Below, piece after piece: positions 46,319 to 55,766 of a stretch of 64,000 nt of DNA (position 1 is its first letter; each line of letters starts with the position of its first letter). The stretch spans positions 391 to 64,390 of the forward strand of contig JAZDKK010000062.1 in the NCBI GenBank assembly GCA_043803015.1, given 5' to 3'. Below the pieces are notes generated by a model, which made no database searches, was not told the origin of the DNA, and saw only the letters and a list, made by a program, of their open reading frames with translations. The stretch comes from Verrucomicrobiota bacterium. GTDB lineage: Bacteria > Verrucomicrobiota > Kiritimatiellia > CAIQIC01 > JAGNIJ01. Both the position numbers and the translations under genes were made by a program.

Positions 46319-49075
46319 ATGTCTGAGAATCAGAAACCCATCGCCTACGACGCCAGGAGCTTCATCGTTCGCGGAAAACGCGAGTTCCTGATCGGCGGCG
46401 AATTTCACTACTTTCGTACGCCCAACGACTTGTGGGAGGACCGCCTCATCAAGATGAAGCGGAGCGGCGCCAACCTCGTCACCACCTACATCCCGTGGAA
46501 CTGGCATGAGCCGGTGGAGGGCCGCCAGCGCTGGACCGGCGACTACGACCTCGCCCATTTCCTCGATCTGTGCACCAAGCACGGCCTCTTCATCGTGGTG
46601 AAGCCCGGTCCGTACTGCTGCGCCGAGTGGGATTTCGGCGGGCATCCCGACTGGCTCCTGAGCAAGAAGATCCCCCTCCGCGTGCTGAACGACAAGTACC
46701 TCGAGTACGTGCAGGCGTGGTACAAGAAGGTGGCCGAGGTCATCCAGCCGTACATGGTCACCCGCGGCGGGAACATCATCTGCATCCAGGTCGAGAACGA
46801 GTACGACCACCTGATGGAGTTCGGCGAGGAGAAGATCTCCAAGGAAGACGCCATCGCCTACTTCACGCGGCTGGGCAGGATGATGGAGGAGTTCGGCATC
46901 GACATCCCGAAGTTCGCCAACGAGGCGGCGTTCCTCCGCGGAAAGAACAACATCATCGACACGCGGACGTACTACCCGAACATCCCCCTCTTCCAATTCT
47001 GGATGTATCAGCATAACTACTTCGACGGCAAGATCTTGGCCGCGAAGAAAGGCCAGCCGAACTGCCCGACCATGATCCTCGAGCTGCAGGTCGGCTGGTT
47101 TGCCCAGTTCGGGCGCCCGCTGTACGTGGCGGAACCCCACCTGACGGAAAGCGTGTCCAAGAGCGTCGTCGCCCTCGGCGCGTCGCTTCTCAACTACTAC
47201 ATGTATGTCGGCGGAACGACGTTCCCCTTCTGGGGCTGCCGCGGGAACATCTGGGACATCCACCCGCGCGGCTCCGGCACGGCGACCACGTTCGACTTCG
47301 GGGGGTCGCCCATCCGGGAATGGGGCGAGTTCATGCCCGGCCGGATCGATTTCATCCGCGCGCTGTCGCGCTTCGCGCAGGACTACAAGGACCTCGTGCT
47401 GAGCTCCGACAACGTGGACGACCTCAAGGTGATCGCCGGCGGCGAGAACGTGTTGATGGTCCAGCCCGGCGCCGCCGAGCCGGACACGGCGATCCGCAGC
47501 GACACCGAGAACTTCCGGCTGATCACCAAGAAGCTGGGCAGCCAGTACCTCGTGTGCGTGCGCAACCTGAGTCCGGAGACGAAGGTGGTGGATATCGGCT
47601 GGGCCGCTTCCGGCCAGCCGGTGTTCCAGAAGCTGGAAGTGCGGGCGCGCGAAACGCACCTCCTTCCGGTGGGCGTGCAGGTGCCGGGGACCGACATCAC
47701 GATTGCGCACTCGACGTCGGAACTCCTTTTTGCAGAACAGGTTGGATCACACGTGGTGTTCGGGCTGTACGGCAAGCCGGAGCGGCCCGGCGAAACGGTG
47801 CTCAAGGTCCCCGCTGCTGACGTCAAGGTGCTCTCCGGCGCGGCCACGGTGTCCGGAGACGGCGAAGCCAGGCTGCAGTACGTGCACGACGGGATCCAGG
47901 TGATCCAGATCAGGGGACACCGCCTGCTGATCGTCGACCAGAACCTCGCCGGCAAGATCGAAGAGCTGGAGAACGGCCTCGTCATCACGGACGCGTACTA
48001 CGTGCGGGACATCCACCAGCAGGGCAACGCGGTCACGCTGAAGACGTCCATGCGCAACGGGTCGAAGAACCACTTCCACTTCTTCAACGGCCGGGGTCTC
48101 GCGGGCGTCAAGGCGGACGACAAGGATGTGGAGTTCGCCAACGACACGGCCACGGGTCAATCCTCGTTCATGTACCGGAACCCCCGCCAGCGCCCGGTCC
48201 GCCTGGAGTGGGCAGGGGACTGGAGGATCATGCCGGACGCCGCGGAGGCGGCGCCGGACTACCAGGATACGGGCTGGAAGGAGCTTCCAAATCCGATCTC
48301 CCTCGAGGAGGCCGGCCTGCTCCAACACGGCTACATCTGGTACCGGGCCGAGTTTGACCTGCCGGCCGATGTCGAGAATGCCGACCTCGTGTACCCCGGC
48401 AACGACTGCGATCGCCAGCACGTGTTCGTGAACGGGCACCGCCTCTGGGACGGCATCACGACGGAGCAGACCATCGGGTTCCGGCACGCGATGAAGCCCG
48501 GGAAGAACGTTCTGGCCGTCCTCTACGAGAACTTCTTCCACAGCAAGTCGCACCCGCACGAGGGCGCGATCCGCAAGTACAGCGGCATCATGAAGCCCGT
48601 CATCGTCAAGGGCCGGTCCAAGGGCGGGCTGCCGTTCACCCGGGAGATCGCCAGCTTCAAGGTCCGCGAGCAGCTGGCGGGGATCCTGAACGGCTACGTC
48701 AACTTCGGGCACAACGACGCGGACTGGCAGAGCGTGCCGGCCGCGCACAAGTACGTGATGGACGACAAGCTCGGCGCCATCGTCTGGATGCGGCGCAAGT
48801 TCCGCTACCAATGCAAGAAGAATTGGGATGTGGCCGTCCGGCTCACGATTCCGGATGCGCGCGAACGGTGCCTGCTGTACATCAACGGCCGGGCCGTGGG
48901 GCAGTACGAGTCGATCGGGCCCCAGCACGAGTTCTACGTCCCGGCTCCTTTCCTGAAGCGCGAGAACGTCCTGGCCATCGTCCTGGAAGGTCCCCGCAGC
49001 TTCTTGGTCGAGCCCGTCCTCGACACCTTCTACGAGGCCAAGGAAGTGGCCGTCCAGATCACGCTGGCGGGGTAG
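46319..49075 (+). CDS. GH35 family beta-galactosidase
   Basis: GGEFHYFR, TYIPWNWHEP, FIVVKPGPYCCAEWDFGG and ICIQVENEYD (acid/base). 918 aa. An AAGGAAG ribosome-binding site lies upstream. Confidence 0.88.
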   Translation: MSENQKPIAYDARSFIVRGKREFLIGGEFHYFRTPNDLWEDRLIKMKRSGANLVTTYIPWNWHEPVEGRQRWTGDYDLAHFLDLCTKHGLFIVVKPGPYCCAEWDFGGHPDWLLSKKIPLRVLNDKYLEYVQAWYKKVAEVIQPYMVTRGGNIICIQVENEYDHLMEFGEEKISKEDAIAYFTRLGRMMEEFGIDIPKFANEAAFLRGKNNIIDTRTYYPNIPLFQFWMYQHNYFDGKILAAKKGQPNCPTMILELQVGWFAQFGRPLYVAEPHLTESVSKSVVALGASLLNYYMYVGGTTFPFWGCRGNIWDIHPRGSGTATTFDFGGSPIREWGEFMPGRIDFIRALSRFAQDYKDLVLSSDNVDDLKVIAGGENVLMVQPGAAEPDTAIRSDTENFRLITKKLGSQYLVCVRNLSPETKVVDIGWAASGQPVFQKLEVRARETHLLPVGVQVPGTDITIAHSTSELLFAEQVGSHVVFGLYGKPERPGETVLKVPAADVKVLSGAATVSGDGEARLQYVHDGIQVIQIRGHRLLIVDQNLAGKIEELENGLVITDAYYVRDIHQQGNAVTLKTSMRNGSKNHFHFFNGRGLAGVKADDKDVEFANDTATGQSSFMYRNPRQRPVRLEWAGDWRIMPDAAEAAPDYQDTGWKELPNPISLEEAGLLQHGYIWYRAEFDLPADVENADLVYPGNDCDRQHVFVNGHRLWDGITTEQTIGFRHAMKPGKNVLAVLYENFFHSKSHPHEGAIRKYSGIMKPVIVKGRSKGGLPFTREIASFKVREQLAGILNGYVNFGHNDADWQSVPAAHKYVMDDKLGAIVWMRRKFRYQCKKNWDVAVRLTIPDARERCLLYINGRAVGQYESIGPQHEFYVPAPFLKRENVLAIVLEGPRSFLVEPVLDTFYEAKEVAVQITLAG

Positions 49076-49115
49076 GGACGCACCCAAGTACAGCCGTCTT
49101 CGGCAAGAGAGCACG

Positions 49116-49139
49116 GGCCCGGGGCATAAGCCCCGGGCC
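49116..49139. terminator. Hairpin between convergent genes, a putative bidirectional terminator
   Basis: GGCCCGGGGC-ataa-GCCCCGGGCC (10-bp GC stem), followed by gtttg on the plus strand. Confidence 0.55.
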
Positions 49140-49153
49140 GTTTGCGTGCGTGG

Positions 49154-49792
49154 TTACCGCCTGTTCCGGCGGACCAGCGGACGCAGGAGCAGGAGCGCCA
49201 ACCCCAGGATGGACGCCGTGGCCGGTTCGGGAATGAGGGCCTCCGCATCATCGAAGTACAGGCTGCCTGACGAAGACCCGCCTTCGAGGGACGTGAATAC
49301 CACGAGGCGATACTTGGCGTAGACATCGCCGGCCAGTACCGTACCGTTGTTGACGAGTTGCATCCACTGGTTCGTCGTGTGGGTCGGCAGCAAGTCGCTC
49401 TTCAGCTTGTGGCCGGTTTCGGCCATGCCCGCGTCGAGGAATATCGTTTCGAGATACACCTCCGCGTTGTTGACCGGTGCCGCCTCGGGTACCAGCGCGT
49501 AGACCGAGGCTTCCCAAGGGTCGCCCGAATTAACGGCGACCGTCTGTTTGGCGTCAAACAGGTTCCACTGGGCGATGGGCTGGGTCCACTTGACCTCGAG
49601 CGCCTCCACCCCGCTTCTCGTGTACGCTGTGGCGTCGAAGTCGTACTCGAACGCGTTGGTACTTGCACCCGGATCCCAAGCGGCGCTTCCGCTGTTTTCG
49701 AATCCCGGATCTGTCAGCAGGTTGGCGGAGACCAGATTCGCCGCCAGCCCGACGCTTATCAATCCAACAAGAACGACCTTGGTTTTCTTCAC
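49154..49792 (-). CDS. PEP-CTERM sorting-domain protein with a CBM_4_9-like jelly-roll domain
   Basis: Signal MKKTKVVLVGLISVGLAANLVSA and a DPGFEN motif. The C-terminus is IPEPATASILGLALLLLRPLVRRNRR, which is a PEP motif, a transmembrane helix and a basic tail. Confidence 0.88.
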   Translation of the reverse strand: MKKTKVVLVGLISVGLAANLVSANLLTDPGFENSGSAAWDPGASTNAFEYDFDATAYTRSGVEALEVKWTQPIAQWNLFDAKQTVAVNSGDPWEASVYALVPEAAPVNNAEVYLETIFLDAGMAETGHKLKSDLLPTHTTNQWMQLVNNGTVLAGDVYAKYRLVVFTSLEGGSSSGSLYFDDAEALIPEPATASILGLALLLLRPLVRRNRR

Positions 49793-50088
49793 GTAACTTC
49801 CTTTCCATCCCTAGTGACTACCATGTATTCACGACTCGCTGAAACCGCTTTCAATAACTGGCCAAAAAAAAGAGAATGCATGCCCATGATCCATGATCTT
49901 GCGCCCTGAACCACCTCCAATCGGCTATTGTTGCTGACTGTAACCGTTACCAATCGTCGTAGGTGTTAATGTAACCGCTTGCCTTTTTCAAGATATTTGT
50001 TAGACTTTTTTCCCGTCATGCTAGGTGTGTGTGCTTGGTCGGCGGCCAGCCGTCGCACGATTTCGAGCTTGGCTGACGGGGGTGAAGT

Positions 50089-50889
50089 ATGTGTTCAGAA
50101 GCCCTTCTCAGGCCCTCGAGTAACCGACTCGGTTCAGTCCTTCGTTCCCACGCCGGCTTGCCGCCTTGCCCCGGCAGGATCGCAGCGCGCACTGCTGCGG
50201 TCCTGTTGTTCGCCGCCGCAGCGCACAACAGCCGGGGCCAGGATGACCTGCTGAACTTGGCCTCCAATGCGAGTTTCGAGACGCCGGCGGCCAGTGCAGG
50301 GAACCAGTTGCCCGACGGGTGGGGCTTCTTCACGAGCCGTGGGCGAACGCTGCAGCTCACCAAGGAGAAGGCGCGCACCGGCACGCAGAGCCTCGGGATC
50401 AGCCCGCAGCAGGTTCCCGGTGCGGACATGGGCATCCTGCAGAAACTGAGCGTGCAACCCAAGGCCAGGTACACTTTCAGCGCCTACTGCTTGAACTCCA
50501 AGGCCGATGCCCTCAAGGGTCCTCTCTTCGGCGTCCTGTCGATCGAATGGCTCGACGCCAGCGGGAAGGAGATAGAGAGGAACGAGAGCCCGACATGGAA
50601 CGCCGGGTTGTCACGCATGCTTTGGACCCTGATCAGTCTCTCCGCAAAGGTTCCGGACCAGGCCGTCCGGGCCAACTTCGTGATTCGCGTGAACGACGGC
50701 GCGGGTCAAAGCACCGGGACTTGCTTCGTCGACGATGTCTGCATCCGGGTCCGAGCGGCAGATCCCCAGGCGTCCGATCGCTCAGCCCGATCGCGGCACT
50801 CCTTGACGAATACCTCCACGCCGGAGATTCGTCGCGCTCCGCAGCCCGGCCTGGCCCGCTCGCCGCAAGCACGTCCGGTCCTCCCTTAA
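50089..50889 (+). CDS. Secreted CBM_4_9-like protein with a low-complexity C-terminal tail
   Basis: A hydrophobic leader (IAARTAAVLLFAAAAHN), an NASFE motif, and CFVDDVCI at the end of the jelly roll. The start codon is uncertain. Confidence 0.6.
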   Translation: MCSEALLRPSSNRLGSVLRSHAGLPPCPGRIAARTAAVLLFAAAAHNSRGQDDLLNLASNASFETPAASAGNQLPDGWGFFTSRGRTLQLTKEKARTGTQSLGISPQQVPGADMGILQKLSVQPKARYTFSAYCLNSKADALKGPLFGVLSIEWLDASGKEIERNESPTWNAGLSRMLWTLISLSAKVPDQAVRANFVIRVNDGAGQSTGTCFVDDVCIRVRAADPQASDRSARSRHSLTNTSTPEIRRAPQPGLARSPQARPVLP

Positions 50890-50942
50890 CGACGGCTTGC
50901 TCCGCCGTATGGGATTGCGCCGGCACACCCCTTGATAGTAGG

Positions 50943-50958
50943 CTGTAATCGGTTACAG
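50943..50958. promoter_or_regulatory. Candidate LacI-type operator CTGTAATCGGTTACAG
   Basis: A 16-bp near-palindrome with a central CG (half-sites TGTAATC / TGTAACC). It ends 3-15 bp upstream of the possible starts of the second LacI gene. Confidence 0.5.
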
Positions 50959-50960
50959 GG

Positions 50961-51977
50961 GTGCTCTCCGTGATGCCCAGACCTACACTGAAAGACGTAT
51001 GCCGGCAGGCCCTGGTCTCCGAGGCCACGGTGTCGCGCGTGATCAACAACAGCCCGCTCGTTCACCAGCGAACCCGCGATCGCGTGCTCGAGGTGATCCG
51101 GCGACTCGGCTACACGCCGAACGCCGCCGCCCGGAACCTGTCGCGAAGCCGGACGGACGTGATCGGGGTCGTGTTCCACCAGATGTCGTCCGGCTTCTTT
51201 GCCCAGGTGATGGCGGGCATCGACGCGGCCGCGAGGGAGAATCGCTACCACCTGCTCTGCGCGTTCACCCGCGACGACGCCGATCCTTTGCCTGCGTACC
51301 AGCGCATGGTCGACGAAATGCGCGTGGACGGGGTGATCATCCTGGATCCTTCCTTGAGCCCTCAGTTCCTCGCCCAACTGAAGATGTACCAGCGTCCGCT
51401 GGTGATGATCCAGCGCGAGCTCGAGGACGCCGCGATCAGCAGCATCTCGGTCGACAACCGGCGCGGAGCATACAACGGGATGAAGCATCTCCTCTCGCTA
51501 GGCTACCGCGACCTCCTCGTGGTCAAGGGTCCCGCCGGAGCCCAGGACGCCCAGTTGCGCCTGAAAGGGTGCGAGCAGGCGCTGGCGGAAGCCTCTCAAC
51601 CTCCGGCCACGTGCCGCCAGATCGACGGGGGCTACGCGCCCCATGCAGCTCTCGAAGCTTTCCGAGAGTACCGCGGGCGCCACGGTCTCCCCCGTGCGAT
51701 CTTCGCCCTGAACGATGCCATGGCCCTGGCCATTCTCAAGGAACTCCGGGAGACCGGCGTCCGGGTGCCGCAGCAGGTGGCCATCATCGGTTTCGACGGC
51801 ATCGATTGCGCCGGCTACGTCGGTCTGACCACGGTCGAAACCCCCATGCTGGAGCTCGGAAAGGGCGCCGTCGGGCTCTTCCTGCAGCACGTCCAATCGC
51901 CCGACGCGGACGCCAGACACGTGAAGCTCGAGACCCGGCTCGCGGTGCGCGATACGTGCGGCGGGAAAGCAAGCTGA
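50961..51977 (+). CDS. LacI family transcriptional regulator (second copy)
   Basis: HTH: PTLKDVCRQALVSEATVSRVINNSPLVHQRTRDRVLEVIRRLGYTPNAAARNL. The track start is GTG 50961; ATG 50973 (MPRPTLKDV) is equally plausible. Confidence 0.9.
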   Translation: MLSVMPRPTLKDVCRQALVSEATVSRVINNSPLVHQRTRDRVLEVIRRLGYTPNAAARNLSRSRTDVIGVVFHQMSSGFFAQVMAGIDAAARENRYHLLCAFTRDDADPLPAYQRMVDEMRVDGVIILDPSLSPQFLAQLKMYQRPLVMIQRELEDAAISSISVDNRRGAYNGMKHLLSLGYRDLLVVKGPAGAQDAQLRLKGCEQALAEASQPPATCRQIDGGYAPHAALEAFREYRGRHGLPRAIFALNDAMALAILKELRETGVRVPQQVAIIGFDGIDCAGYVGLTTVETPMLELGKGAVGLFLQHVQSPDADARHVKLETRLAVRDTCGGKAS

Positions 51978-52035
51978 CGTCTCTGTAGCGGCGACCAGGG
52001 CTTCTGCGGACAGGCCGGTCGCCGACTAACCAACC

Positions 52036-52078
52036 CGTCGGTCAGACTTGTCCGCCGGTCGTTTGGCGGAGACCGACG
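52036..52078. terminator. Nested hairpin between convergent genes, containing the REP-like gacttgTCCGCC...GGCGGA module
   Basis: Outer stem CGTCGGTC / GACCGACG and inner stem TCCGCC-ggtcgttt-GGCGGA. It abuts the stop of the 52079..54694 gene. Confidence 0.45.
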
Positions 52079-54694
52079 CTACGGCGAACGGGGCCGGATG
52101 ATGTAGCATGGGCTCCATTCGCCTTCAGCCAGCTCGGCGACCGGTTCAACGTTGCGCATGTCCGCGGCGGTGAACACGGCGCAGCCGCCGATCTCGCGGA
52201 TGCCGACGGCGATCTCGCGGCCCGCGCTGGTAACCTGCACGATGTCTGAAACCTCTTCTCGCGGGATCGGCAGGCTGACCGCCGTGCGGCCGGCTTCGTT
52301 CTGAACGTTCACCACCGACACTTCCCACGGGCCATCCGCGCGGCGGCAGAAGTACAGGTCACACGGGTCCGCCGCGGCCAGAACGTGTTCCCCGAACTTC
52401 AGCATCGGCGCCGCCGCCACCTTGTCGAGATCGTTCCAGCCTTTGATCATCGCAGCCGCGATGCGGCCGCGCTCGAAGCCCACCAGCGCGCCGCTCCGTC
52501 CCGAAAGCTGGATCTCAAAGACATCCGCTTCGTCGGCTGCATCGGTCAGACGAAACCGGTACATGGCCGGTTTCTCCTGCCGCGTAAGCATGAAGACGTA
52601 GCGCCGGTCGGCAACGCCACCGCGATACTGGGCGACTTCGACCAGCGGGTCGGCCGGCTCGGGAACGATGGAGGCGGTCACCGCGACGCCGGCCAGTTCC
52701 CTGGCCAGGTATTCGATGAGTCCGATGTGGCCGCTGTCGCCGGGCTGGTCCAGCCAAGGGCACAAACCTAGGAACATCGCTTTGCCGCGCCCATAACAAC
52801 TTGTTACAGAGCATGTTACATTAGCGTTTCCGATCCGGACCGCGCCCGCCGAAGCCACGTTCCTGCCGGGCTTCGAGACGCCCAGTACGGTTCCGCGCCC
52901 TGTCCCGCGGAAACGCCCGTCGCCGAGCCGGTACTCGAACGACGTCCCGCCGTCGACCACCCGCATTTCGCACGGGAACAGCGCGTCCTTCAGCAGGCGG
53001 CACGGATGGAAGAACTCATCCATCTCCGGCACCCGCGAGGTGATGACCAGCACGCCGCCGCGCTCGACGTAGTTCAAGAGCTTCTGCTGGGTCGCCGCGT
53101 CCATCCAGTCGCCGCCGTCGAGGAAGAGGATCTTCCGCTGGAGCAGGCGCTCGACCGATTCCTCGCGCGGATAGCAGATGCCGTTTTCCGTCTTGCCGTG
53201 ATCGCACAGCGCCATGAACCTGTCCCAGCCCGGCGATGCCGCGCGAGGCCTGTCCGAGAAGCCGGCTTTCCGCCAGTCGTCCGCCGGGCTTTCCCAGCTG
53301 GCCGCCTGCGCATACGGCGTGTAGAAGACCCACGCGATGGGCTCGATCTTCTCCCGGCTGACCAGGTCGCTGCCGATGTTCCTCATCAGGGCGCCCATCT
53401 GGTGACAGGTCCAGAAGGAGGAGCGGTACGATCCGTCTTCGGCGATCGGGTGGTTGTGCATGTACACGCCGCCGGCGTCCACGGCGAGGTAGTCGGTCCA
53501 GCAGTCGCACGATACCCCGAGGTAGATGTTCAGGCCGGTCGCGCCCATGAGTAGGTAGGCCATGGACTGGAAGAACGACGGCTGCACGTGCCAGTAGTGG
53601 GGCGGGTCGTAGGAATCGAAGCCCCAGTTCTCCTCCATGTTGATCCCTCGTGCCGCTCGCGCGAGGTACCTGTAGCGCCACCAGGCGTGCACGTCGTGCG
53701 ACACCAGCCCGGTCCAGTTCGTGTAGCCGTAGGCGATGACGTCGCTCAGGTACGGGGCGTTGTATCGTCCCATAACCGTTTCTAGGCCAACGCCTTGCGT
53801 CGAAGGCGGTGGGTTCAGGTTCAGCACGGCGGGCACGGTCACTCCCGCCTCGCGCAGGTAGCCGACGTAGGTGGTCAGGATCAGCTTGTAGAAGTACTGG
53901 CCGAACCCGGCCCAGTCGATCCACGGCCGCACTTCGCCCCGGGTGGCGCGCGGCGACCAGGGGCCGGGCGCCGGAACGTCCGAGAAGCTGGCGAACCGCG
54001 CGCCGCAGACGGCGTTGTACTGGTCGATCGAGCCGTACTGCTGATCGAGGAACTTCGCGTAGTGCGCCACGGCACTCGACTCGAAGTTGAACTTGTCCAC
54101 GCCGGCGCCGCCGTCGGAGTACACACCCTCGTTCAGCACCTGCACGGCGAGGATGGGCCCGTGCGGGTACTCGTTGGGCACGATCACTTGGCGGGCCACG
54201 GTGTGGAACCATTCCTTGACGTACGGCAGGTACTCCGGGTCCATGGGGGCCGGGGGGCGCTCGAAGCCCCAGCAGGCGGGGTTCGGCCGGCCTTGCTGGT
54301 CCACGCGGACCTGGATCCGCGGGTTGTTGTCCGGCAGCACATAGTCGGGCAGCGAGCCGAAGCGGGTCTCGGCGTGAATGTAAGGGCCGGGCTTCACGAT
54401 GCAGAACATGCCCTTCGCGCGGATCAGCCGGATGAATTCGAGCACATCGGTCCGGTCGTGGAGCTGGCCGCTGAAGTCGTAGATGCCGCCTGCGCGCAAG
54501 GGATCCTTCGGCGCGTGGTGGCGCCAGGGAATGTAGAACGTCACCACGTTGACGTTCATCTTCTTGAGGCTGTCGAGCTGGCTGGACCAGTCCGCCCGCT
54601 GATCGCGGTAGTAGGGGTAGTCGGCGGTCCAGGCGAACGTGGGCTTCCCGTCGACGTGAAGCACGCCTTCTTCGATCTTGACGTACGGATTCAT
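52079..54694 (-). CDS. GH35-like (clan GH-A) beta-galactosidase family protein with a C-terminal extension of about 290 aa
   Basis: The N-terminus parallels the GH35 gene at 46319: VVTFYIPWRHHAP, FCIVKPGPYIHAETRFGSLPDY, and AVQVLNEGVY at the acid/base position. 871 aa. Confidence 0.7.
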   Translation of the reverse strand: MNPYVKIEEGVLHVDGKPTFAWTADYPYYRDQRADWSSQLDSLKKMNVNVVTFYIPWRHHAPKDPLRAGGIYDFSGQLHDRTDVLEFIRLIRAKGMFCIVKPGPYIHAETRFGSLPDYVLPDNNPRIQVRVDQQGRPNPACWGFERPPAPMDPEYLPYVKEWFHTVARQVIVPNEYPHGPILAVQVLNEGVYSDGGAGVDKFNFESSAVAHYAKFLDQQYGSIDQYNAVCGARFASFSDVPAPGPWSPRATRGEVRPWIDWAGFGQYFYKLILTTYVGYLREAGVTVPAVLNLNPPPSTQGVGLETVMGRYNAPYLSDVIAYGYTNWTGLVSHDVHAWWRYRYLARAARGINMEENWGFDSYDPPHYWHVQPSFFQSMAYLLMGATGLNIYLGVSCDCWTDYLAVDAGGVYMHNHPIAEDGSYRSSFWTCHQMGALMRNIGSDLVSREKIEPIAWVFYTPYAQAASWESPADDWRKAGFSDRPRAASPGWDRFMALCDHGKTENGICYPREESVERLLQRKILFLDGGDWMDAATQQKLLNYVERGGVLVITSRVPEMDEFFHPCRLLKDALFPCEMRVVDGGTSFEYRLGDGRFRGTGRGTVLGVSKPGRNVASAGAVRIGNANVTCSVTSCYGRGKAMFLGLCPWLDQPGDSGHIGLIEYLARELAGVAVTASIVPEPADPLVEVAQYRGGVADRRYVFMLTRQEKPAMYRFRLTDAADEADVFEIQLSGRSGALVGFERGRIAAAMIKGWNDLDKVAAAPMLKFGEHVLAAADPCDLYFCRRADGPWEVSVVNVQNEAGRTAVSLPIPREEVSDIVQVTSAGREIAVGIREIGGCAVFTAADMRNVEPVAELAEGEWSPCYIIRPRSP

Positions 54695-54807
54695 CGTCGG
54701 AGTCCCCAGCCCGATTGTTACCGATATCAGGGGCGCGTACTATGCCTTCCGGCCGGCGGAAATAAAGCAAAAAAAGTCAGGCGACGGCCCTCCTGCGGAT
54801 TCACGGC

Positions 54808-55731
54808 CTATTTCTTGGCGTTCGGCACACGCCAGTCGAACGTAGGGCCGAGAACCATCGGCGCCTGGGTCGGGTTGTAGTCCGACGGGTAGCTGCCGAC
54901 GGTCTTGGCGTACTCCTCCATGGCGTAGGGAAGCATCTTGCTGAGCTCGCGGTACCGCCAGTCGCTCGAGGGATGCGTGTTGAAGACGCTGAGCGCGTTC
55001 GCCAGCACCCCTTCGTCCTTCTTCTTGTCCTTCGCGCGCTGCCAGATCCTCGGCGCGGCCCGGGGATCGAAGCCCGCCTTCGCCATGTAGAACAGGCTCA
55101 CCCGGTCGGCCTCCGCCTCGTCGCCCCGCGAGTGCTTCGGGACCCACAGCGCGGAGCCGACGACGAAGAGCGCGCGGATCGCGGTCGCGACGTCGCCCTT
55201 GTCGTTGTGGTCGGCCACCGTCGCCGCCAGCTCGGCAATCATGGCCGCCGTCATAATCTTGCTCAGCTCCTCGGTGGAGTGCCTGCAATTCACGTGCGCG
55301 ATCTCGTGCGCCAGCACGGCGGCGAGTTCGTCCTCGTCCCGCACCAGCCCTTCCTTGGGATCGTACAGGCCTTCGAACACCATCATCTGGCCGCCGGGCA
55401 TGGCGCAGGCATTCACGATGCTCGTGTGGACCAGCGTGATCTCGTACGGCAGCTGGGGCATGTCCGAGACCGCCACGATCCGCTGGACGATGTTGCTGAA
55501 CTGGGCCATGCGCGAGGGGTCCGCGTTCACGCGCACGCCCTGCTTGTGAAGCTGCTCCAGGTTGGCCTTGATCGCGTCCTGGCCCAGCTGGACGTCGTCC
55601 TGGACCGTGTACATGTTGTACACGTTCCGGCCGGTCACGGCGTCGAGGGTGCCGCAGGAACTCAGGAGAAGAGGCAGGAGAACCGGCGCGCCCAGGAACC
55701 ACAGGATACGGCCGAGTCGCTTGATCGTCAT
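54808..55731 (-). CDS. M48 family zinc metallopeptidase lipoprotein
   Basis: Lipobox LLLSSC and zinc motif HEIAHVNCRH. 307 aa. Confidence 0.85.
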   Translation of the reverse strand: MTIKRLGRILWFLGAPVLLPLLLSSCGTLDAVTGRNVYNMYTVQDDVQLGQDAIKANLEQLHKQGVRVNADPSRMAQFSNIVQRIVAVSDMPQLPYEITLVHTSIVNACAMPGGQMMVFEGLYDPKEGLVRDEDELAAVLAHEIAHVNCRHSTEELSKIMTAAMIAELAATVADHNDKGDVATAIRALFVVGSALWVPKHSRGDEAEADRVSLFYMAKAGFDPRAAPRIWQRAKDKKKDEGVLANALSVFNTHPSSDWRYRELSKMLPYAMEEYAKTVGSYPSDYNPTQAPMVLGPTFDWRVPNAKK

Positions 55732-55766
55732 GTTTCCCTCGCAGAGACGTCAGGAACTTAGACCCG

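Noticed and set aside
42805-49114. Chain of minus-strand ORFs (42805..44739, 44887..46320, 46127..47710, 47747..49114) and similar ones at 17553..19445, 53016..54770, 56362..57510 and 62380..63918
   Set aside because: All are antisense to, or out of frame with, well-supported genes. They have Arg/Pro/Gly-rich compositions with no recognizable motifs.
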